The notes beneath the pieces were generated by a model. The model was not told the DNA's origin, searched no databases, and worked only from the letters and a program-made list of their open reading frames with translations. A DNA stretch of 64,000 bases from Phoronis australis (taxonomy: Eukaryota > Animalia > Phoronida). Location: the NCBI GenBank assembly GCA_002633005.1, contig NMRA01000104.1, positions 680,841-744,840 on the forward strand. Reading direction: 5' to 3'. Positions 54,501 to 63,500 of the stretch are shown here, piece by piece. The position numbers and the translations under genes were made by a program. Position 1 is the first letter of the stretch, and each line of letters starts with the position of its first letter.

Positions 54501-57500
54501 TCAGAGAACCTTGAAACATGTTCCTTGAAATAAAAATTTGACGATAAACGTATTAAACAGATGATGTTGCGAGACATTGCACAAAGGTCAAATTAATGTT
54601 CATTTATGCTAAAATGGTCATACGTTGAAATCGTGCACTTCTGTGTTTTGTATTTTGCTGATGCCAATTTCCAGACATAGCATTGAGGTTGCATAGAACC
54701 CTGTGAGTACTATTACCGCAATATTTCCACAACCAAATTCAATGAACAAGTATGCAACAACCTACCATTAAGAGACTGGTTCACTAGACATAAAAGGGAG
54801 CTACATTGTGAAACTGGCAACGTGTCATGTATAGGCAGAAATAAATTGAAACAAGAATAAAAATTACAACAGGGCCCGGGGTATAATCCTTTTTGCTTGA
54901 GATCGACCTCGAAATTATGTTTTTTTTGCATTTTCTATTCTACTTTTGCACAAACTCATGTCTATCATTCTCTGTTCAAGTAACTAGTAGATAACTGTCT
55001 AATCCTATTTTGTACTTAATTGATGCTAAAATTCTGAGCCTGAACTCAAAATTTCGCGTTTATACTTGAACTTGAAATCTCGAGCCTTTACCCAAGTTGA
55101 GTTAGCACAACAATAGAATGGAAAATTTCAAAAATAATTTTGATTACGAGTACAAAGATTTTATTACGGCTACTGGTCACCGTAACTCTACAATGTGGAA
55201 AAGAGTACCTTTTATTAACAAGCATGGCTATCCTGCCTCCACTTCCCCCGCCCCCATAACCTCTACCCTTCCCACCATTAGAGGTTATTTTTCCATGACC
55301 AGTAACTTCATGAGTCCTGATATAAATTCCACCCCCACTGCCACCACCAGCGTTGTTGCCTTGCCCATCTTCACCATTGGCATTAATGACTCCTAAAAGA
55401 AAAAAAATGTTCCAGTGCATCAAATTTATAAACTTCACAGTCAAGAAGTTGTAAAAAAGGTGATGTATTTCAAATGGTCTCAATGAAGACATTCAAGTAA
55501 TTGTTAGATGGGGTCGATTGCTTGTCCTGATGATGAAGTTTGACACATTGAAACATGTTGAAGTTGAAAAATCTCATTTTTATAAGCAACGGACTTCATG
55601 ATTGAATATCTCATCTGGCTTTGTTGAGTAAATAAAAATTCAGAAAGAAACCAGGCAAACTTACTTGAAAATTAGATGAAAACTTTTGCATTGAAATTTT
55701 TTTGACAATTTTCAATGAAAACAAATTTTGTTTATTTTTTAAAACAACCACCGTTTAATTACTTTTTAAATGATGTCTGTGCTGTTCATCTTTCTCTTTT
55801 AAAATTTGTGAACTGAACATTTCAGAGCACATGCGCAAAAAATAATGAAACAAGTGTTTTTTCTAAAACATTTTGCACTGTAAAACTCTTCAAATAATAG
55901 CATAATACAAACTCACCATCAATTACCAATGCCGACTTGACATCTAGACTGATGTATCCACCTCCTTTTCCTCCTGAGCCACTAGTGTCATTACCACCTG
56001 CACCACCATGTGCATTGGGATGTCGTGTCAAACCAAACCATGAACCACCTGGTAATGAGGTTGATATGGAACCACCATCAGCACCATAGCCGCCACCACT
56101 TCCTGTGACAATAGTCTGTGAACCAATCTTGACTGACATCTGGCAAGGAAAATCAAAAACCAGATGATGACACCTGCATGTAAGCCAGGATGGTACTGAT
56201 TCATAAATGTTTTTATCACATTTTTAAATTAAAACTTACATTCACTGAGCACATTTAAAGAAGAATTCAACCCATGCTTTCTGAAATTGTTCCTTAGTCA
56301 AATGAAGAGGTGACTTCTGCAGAGCTTCAATAGAACTGACAGTTCATTATTTTTACAAATCAAGCGTGACCTGAAATTTCAAGCTTGACCTGAAGTTATT
56401 CCCAAGCTGAGAGATCAACTCTTGATTTAATAAAGAACAAGATTAAGACCAGTTTCACAAGTTATAAGAAATGTTTAAAATCAAAACTTTCTTGTTTTAG
56501 ACAGAAAGCATGATTATAATGCCGCTTTAAGCGTTAAAGCTTGATGTACACAATTCTAGGAGAACTACACTCTGACAAATGTAGTTTGTATAAAATGAAC
56601 TCCTTACTGTAGATCCAGTTCCTTGCGACTCCCACAATCCAGACTTTGACACATCTAACATTGAGCCGGGGTGTAACACAACAGTGTTTGACTGCAACAG
56701 AAACCTGGAACTTGACAGACTGGCTGCATAGTGCAACTCCAACTGGCCAATTGACAGTGGGGTAGTGGACAGGCTCTCAAGTACTGCTACGGCATGATCC
56801 TGCACTGTTAGTGAAGCAAATCTGTACTGCCCTCTTGGCGTGACAAATATGTAGCGTCCATCCTTCACTTGAGCAGTCCTCGTTTGAGGTGAAAATGTTA
56901 TTCGTTGGTGGGGTGAAATGACCAAGTTAAGGATGTTGCTTAGGATTCCTAGAACAATGCAAAATAATAAACTGTAAACAAGTGTCCAAAAATATTCAGT
57001 GCCACCTACACATGATGTAATAACTAAAGAAACAAGTCTGTGCGACCTGAATGAATGGGTGCTGATCTATACTTCAATAGGAATGCTTTTATCTTTTAGC
57101 TTATAATTATAGTTATTAAAACATGCAACAAGAGACACAAGACATGAAGCCTTTTAGGGAAAATTATCGCCTTGTTCTAACCAAAATATGAACTTTTGAA
57201 TAGCCACCAATTTCATTTAAAGCACCATTTGAAATTAAATTTCAGAACACTTCAGTGGTCAAAATCAAAAGTTGTTTCCATGTCAAGAAAGATGGGTTTA
57301 CAGCCCCTTTAATGGGGGGTTTGGGTAAAACATAAGACAGTGTGACCTGCAAATAAAAAGTGGAAAATAAAATACAGTGCCTGCAAAATTATCCCAATCA
57401 GAGGAATGAGAATAGAGAGTCAGAGAGGAAAACTGAAGGACAGCAAGCAACAGTCATAGCCAAGATCACTGGTGATTAATGATCCCCCTAAACTAATCTC

Positions 57501-60500
57501 CTCTCAAAGCCTACAGTTTGCTTACTACAGAAAGCAGTGAAAATTTTGAGTGTAGCAATACACAACAGACATATACCTGCAAATTCACTCGTCACCCCTT
57601 TGAATGTAACTGTCTCTGGTAGTCTCAATTCTCCAAATTCTGACAGTTTTATGCTGCATGATAAGATGGTTGCCATCTTGCCTGTATCTGCAGTGAACAC
57701 AACACTGTTGCCAATGAGAACAGTAGCAGTCTGTGCGCAGAACAACTGTTTCGCCATCATGGAAACATTGTTGCCCGTGATGTGAAGGGCAACATGTTCA
57801 AGAATGTGAACTTGATCAAACTCATGTTCACTTATTTCTGACTCATTCAGAGTAGTGCCTTGGTCTGATCGTGCATGCACGCCACTATTGTCAATATAAA
57901 GTTTCTTTGATTGTTGACCTGCCTTTGAAATGCTGATGAATGCTGTTCCTGAAGAGCCTGCCTTGGCCCCATGGACTGCATCTCCGCCCCTTGTGATATA
58001 ACTACCAGTAAAGGTAGAATTATCTCTGATCTTCACAAACATCCTACCACCACCGCCGCCACCTCCACCTCTTGCACCACCATGGCCACCAGCAACTGAC
58101 AATGTGCCACTCCCTGTCATGGTTCCCACAGATACTGTCAGAGATCCTCCACTACTGCCTCCCAGAGTACCAGTACCACCGTCTCCATCTGCCGATACAA
58201 CACCATCCAAATGCAGTCTTTTGCTCACAAGTTTGAGGTGACCACCACCCAATGAATTCCCACCACCACTTCCAAAGTCATTCGAGTTATATAGAGAGCC
58301 ATAGGAGCAAACACGTGGGGTTGCACCAGTTTTTCCTTGACCCCCACAACCACCATAAGACGCACCAGAGCCACTGGTACCATCCCAAACACCAGCCCCC
58401 TTGCCTAGACCTGGACCAAAACCTAGACCAGAACTAGTCAGGTAACCCATGTAAGCAACATCAGTGGCTTCACTTTCAATTTCAATATTCGCAGACACAA
58501 TCTTTGCTCTGTGATGAACTTGTAAGAAATCAATTAAACGCAAATACGCTCTTGATTCCAGAGTGGTTTTAACTTCAACAGTACCATTGCCAAGAATCTC
58601 CAGTGAGTTGAATACAAAATGCCCTTTCTTCTCATGTACAGTAGTGCGTCCATTGTCAAAAGCAGTATTTCCAGTTTTTGTAAACTGGACTAATGCACCT
58701 GATCCAACAACCATATCACGGACATTATATAATGTTCCTCCAACATGGAGAGCTGGCTGGGCAATGACTGAATCAGATATTTTGGCATTAATTAAAATTT
58801 TAGGAGGCAGGTACAACAGAGAGTTTTCTCCAGCAATTAAAGCCACTTGAAGACTATAAGGCTCAGTGATTCCATATCCTTCCGCAATATCCACAATCGA
58901 TGCTGGGTTGATAATCAAAGTGCCTGTATTATCGCCAAATATATCAGCAACTTGAACAATTGATATGTCACCACCTGTTCGCAATTCTGCATTGGCACCC
59001 TGCCCAAGGAAGAATTCAGAGATATCAAACATCCACTGTGCAGATACATCAATGATGGTTTTACTTGTGCTTACTAGGTAATTATTTGCAATCTCAAGCC
59101 TAGTGCGATGTAGGCCGCTTTGCTGATACTCCAAGAATATAGTACCAGCAGCTCCTGGGGACAAGCCACTACCACCAAAACATTGTTTGTAGCCAATAAA
59201 TTGCTTCAAGTCATTGGTCACAATAGAGATGCGACCACCGCTACCTCCGCCAAACTTTGAGCTACCACCATTTGCCCGCAACGTGCCCTGGCCACTCAAC
59301 TTGGGAGAACGGATGCTTATACTTCCTCCTGAACTTCCAAGTCCACCAACGGAAGTAACTACTCCATCTAGATGGAAATGCGTACTCGCTGTTATGTGCA
59401 CTAGTCCACCTCCCCTGCTGGTTCCTGTACCACTTCCAAAGTAGTCCACTTCAGTTACAGAGCCATAGACGTCAGCTACAGCATTTCCACCCAAACCTCC
59501 GTAGCTCGCACCAGCAGTTGTATTGTTTGACCTTCCTTGACCAAGAAGGTGGCCTGCAGCATCTACTGAGATAACACAGTCCCGATGGACAGTGATGTGA
59601 TCTCCCTTAATACTGATGTTTTTCAAACTGGAACTGTCTTCAATCTGAGAACCCGCATACATTTCAATAATATTAGATACAATGGAAATGTTTCCAACAT
59701 GGAGTTTTAAGACAGAATTTGGTGCCATGATTAGAGCATTCAATTGTATGGCATCAGTATTATTGAGGCCTACAAAGCATGCATCACACAACTCGATCAC
59801 AGAATTCATTTGAAGGTTCAGTGACTCTGCTCTTATGTGTCCATTGATCACAGTAACTTTAACACCAGGCAAAACAGTTAGGTTCTTTGAGGTAATACTT
59901 CCATCTACAATGACAGGAGCAGACAACAATGTTGCAGCAGGAAGAACAAGGTGTCCTTGGTTGACTTCAAGGCGTATGTCAGTAGCGTAATTCTGAAACC
60001 CAGAAATAGCAACAACAGAATTGTCAGAGACTCTCAATACTCCAGTGTGGTCTGTTTTGACAATACCAATGCTGACACTCTGTGTAATGGAGACTTTTGC
60101 GCCACTTTTGATTACAATTTCGTCCAATTTTCTGGTTCCCGGAGAGCTTACAAAGTCATGGCAATGTCCCTTTACAGTAAACGTCCTGTAGTCCACACCA
60201 TTCTGTTTTTCTCTGACAAACACTGTGCCTGAAACACAGTGAAGTATTATCAGTGAATTTTGAAATCATAATACAGAAATTATAAAAGCAACAGATAAAT
60301 ACAAAAAAGAAGAAAACAAAAACCATGAATTACTTCTTAAGCAACCTTTGAGTAACATTATAGCATATTACAGAAAAAAGGAATTCCAACAAATGGAAAA
60401 ACTACCTGATGTTGATGAAGCAGTTCCGGCAGCATCATACTGTCCTTTGAAAACATTGTTATCAACACTGACAGCCAGCCTTCCTCCACCACCAGAGGGC

Positions 60501-63500
60501 AGGCCACCAGTGCTTCTTAATACACCATAGCCATGCAGCTCTCGAGCTTCAATAAAAACACTGCCTCCACTTCCTCCCCCATCATTGACCAGAGTTCCAT
60601 TCAATCCACTTGCATCAATGACTCCATCAACCATAACTACACCAGTTGATGATATCCAAATCTGACCTCCTCCTCGGCTAATTATGCTCCTGTTACTATA
60701 GTAACCATTACTCCCATAATCCAATGGTTTCTCAGGATCACCATAGTTACTGTAACTACCACCTTCCTGTATATCTGTGCCAGAACCAGTACCATTGGCA
60801 ATGAACCCTCCGCCAACTGCAGAGATGGTTCCACCAGGTCTGACGTGTAGACTGTCCACAATAATATGCGTCCTGTTGATTCCCAAAATATCCCCTTGGA
60901 CGTGTAACACAGCTTGGTCATCAATAACAACTGACTTAAATATGTGCTCACCAGGCACAAGGTAACAGCTCTGCCCAAATCTTAGATGCAGGTGTCCAGC
61001 TGTCACATTGTTGTCACTACTTCTGCAGAGCGTAGTTGGGTATGTTCCATTGTGAACGTCAGTTACAAATTCAGAAGTTGTTGTAATATTCAAAAGTGAG
61101 TTACCAATTACCAGTGACGGGGTTCGGTAAAGTTCTTTTGTAATTATATGCGTCACATTTGAACTACTAGAGCAGTCTGCAGATGGATTCACTGTGCCAT
61201 GTCTATCAATTGTTAATGAGTGGAGGAAGATAACACCATCTGCCTCAGGAGTTGAGTGAGCTGGGAAGCCAACTGACAGTTCTGCAGTCTGTTGAACGAC
61301 AACACGTTTCGTTCCCTTCAATTCTCCACACAGCTGGAACTTTACTCCTTCACGAACCCTTGCCAAGTCCGGTGTTTCAAGAAGACCACCATGATCAATA
61401 CGCAAATTCAGAGACAAGTCTACCTCATTGTTTGATGATTTTGTGGCCAAATGTAATTCTTGCTTGGGGCCTACATGAAGTACAGACTCTGAAAATCCTG
61501 TAAGTTTGTCCAAAGTTATAGAAAGAATTTGATCAGACTCTCCTCGTTTTGGAAAGTAAACATTGGCCATGTTGTAAACAGAAATTTCAGACAATTCCAG
61601 AAGAAACAGGTTTGATGGTACACACAAGTAGGACTTTGCCTTTGAACTTTTCCCACCATTGGCGACAATCACCTGAAAGATAAAAATGTTCTCCAATAAA
61701 ATACAGTACATAGAATGTAGTACATAAAATAATGTCAATCATAGCATATACTATGCAACGTTCAAGAACATCTCTGAATTTCATAATGTCTAAGCTAATT
61801 TTGTTTTCACCTTTTTAGAGCTGTCCACATGTTCCACATAGACAACACCAGCAGAAGCTGCATCACCAGTGCCAGATGTTCCACCATATGCAGTCATGTG
61901 ATCACCGATGACACCATGTTTGTATCTGATGGCTACAATTCCTCCACCTCCACCCCCAACGCCACCGTCAGCTCTCAATACTCCTGTCAGCTCAACATAT
62001 GAAGTGGACACGTACACGGTACCACCAGCACCAGCACCGTGTCCAGCACCACCACTGCAAAGAAAAGTGAAGGGCACATATGTAATCTTTCATCTTGGCT
62101 AACACATGTAATACATCCTCTACAAGTAAAACTCTGGTGACCATTATCATTTTCAGAGTTTAAAAGAATTGCCTTAATTTTCAAATTAGTCAGCTCCATC
62201 AGTCAGCAAAATTGCGGTTATCCAAAATGGAAATTTTTGTGCACGAATTTGGCAACCCCCCAAACCCTGTATAATAATTTTAGAACTTCTCTTCTAAATA
62301 ATTTTAGTGTTGTACAAGTCACTTTAATGTTCTGAAAAAATTGCACTTAATTCATGTTGTGAGCAGATGACAAAATTTATATTTTGATGAGGTAACCAAC
62401 ACAACAGTATCAGCTAAAAAATTTATCAAGAAAGAAAATGAGCTACGTGCATGACCACGTAGTTGAGCAGATAACACCCTTAAGTCATGTTCCTCCAGAT
62501 GTTGAATAATGGTGATCCTTCCTAACTCTTACTATGAAATATTAAATGAAAATTACTTAGCGGTAATGATGCCATGCATCAGCAGGTTATGTGACTTGAT
62601 GTCAATTAGTCCACCACCAGGTGCGCTGTAGCCACCTGACCCCATGTGACCTGGATTGGTGAAATCATAGACTCCAGAATAGGCGCGACTGTGATGAGAT
62701 GATCCAAAACCGAAGTGACTACCACCTTCACCAGGAAGCACACCACCATCTACGAATAAGAATGATAATTAAGAATCTTTAGAAAATAAATAATGCTTAA
62801 TTACCTACCATGATTTTTTCACACACTGACCTGCTTAATTTGTCTTATTTTACTACATAAACCCAGTGAATCAGTGAAAATTTTTAAAGTAACAATTTGT
62901 GAAATTTATAGCCATACATGAAATCTTGGCCTTGATTTTATTGAATCCTCTCCATGAGTTTTTGCAATCCCACAATCAGTTATGGTTGGTATGAAAATTA
63001 CATAGACAGTTACCATGCCTCAATAAACACTCTCTGGCCCTGAATACCTATCCTCTCTTCTGGATCAAAGAGAAAATGAATAATTTTAAATAAAAATCAA
63101 TTTTATGATAAATAACCCACAATTTCTGTTTAAAGGTGTTAATTACCTGGTCCAGCTTTTGGCGCAAAGCCCCTGGAATCAGCCGAAATCAGTCCACCGT
63201 TGGAAACCACTACAGTCCTTGAACATCGTATAATGACCTCTTTTACATTAATTCTGGCCCCATTCAGAACATCTAAGTAACTTGCTTCCACTTGATATTT
63301 CACACTCCCAGTCATTTCCAAAATAGAACCTTTCAGCAAGCTCAATTTCGAGAACTGCAGCAACCCAGCTTGGTATCCAGAGGACGTTGTGGCAAGCGGC
63401 CCAAATGTCAAAGTTGATGATGATAAAGTCAGGTCCGTTACTCCACCTAGGCGGCCATTGATGTAGTTCGTAGTACCAAGTATCATAACTTTCTTGGGCA

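Noticed and set aside
139-62102. The many short plus-strand ORFs and alternate-frame minus-strand ORFs
   Set aside because: Most are antisense or off-frame shadows of Gly/Cys-rich exons (Pro/Thr/His-rich translations) or lie in introns. They show no independent splice structure or recognisable domains.
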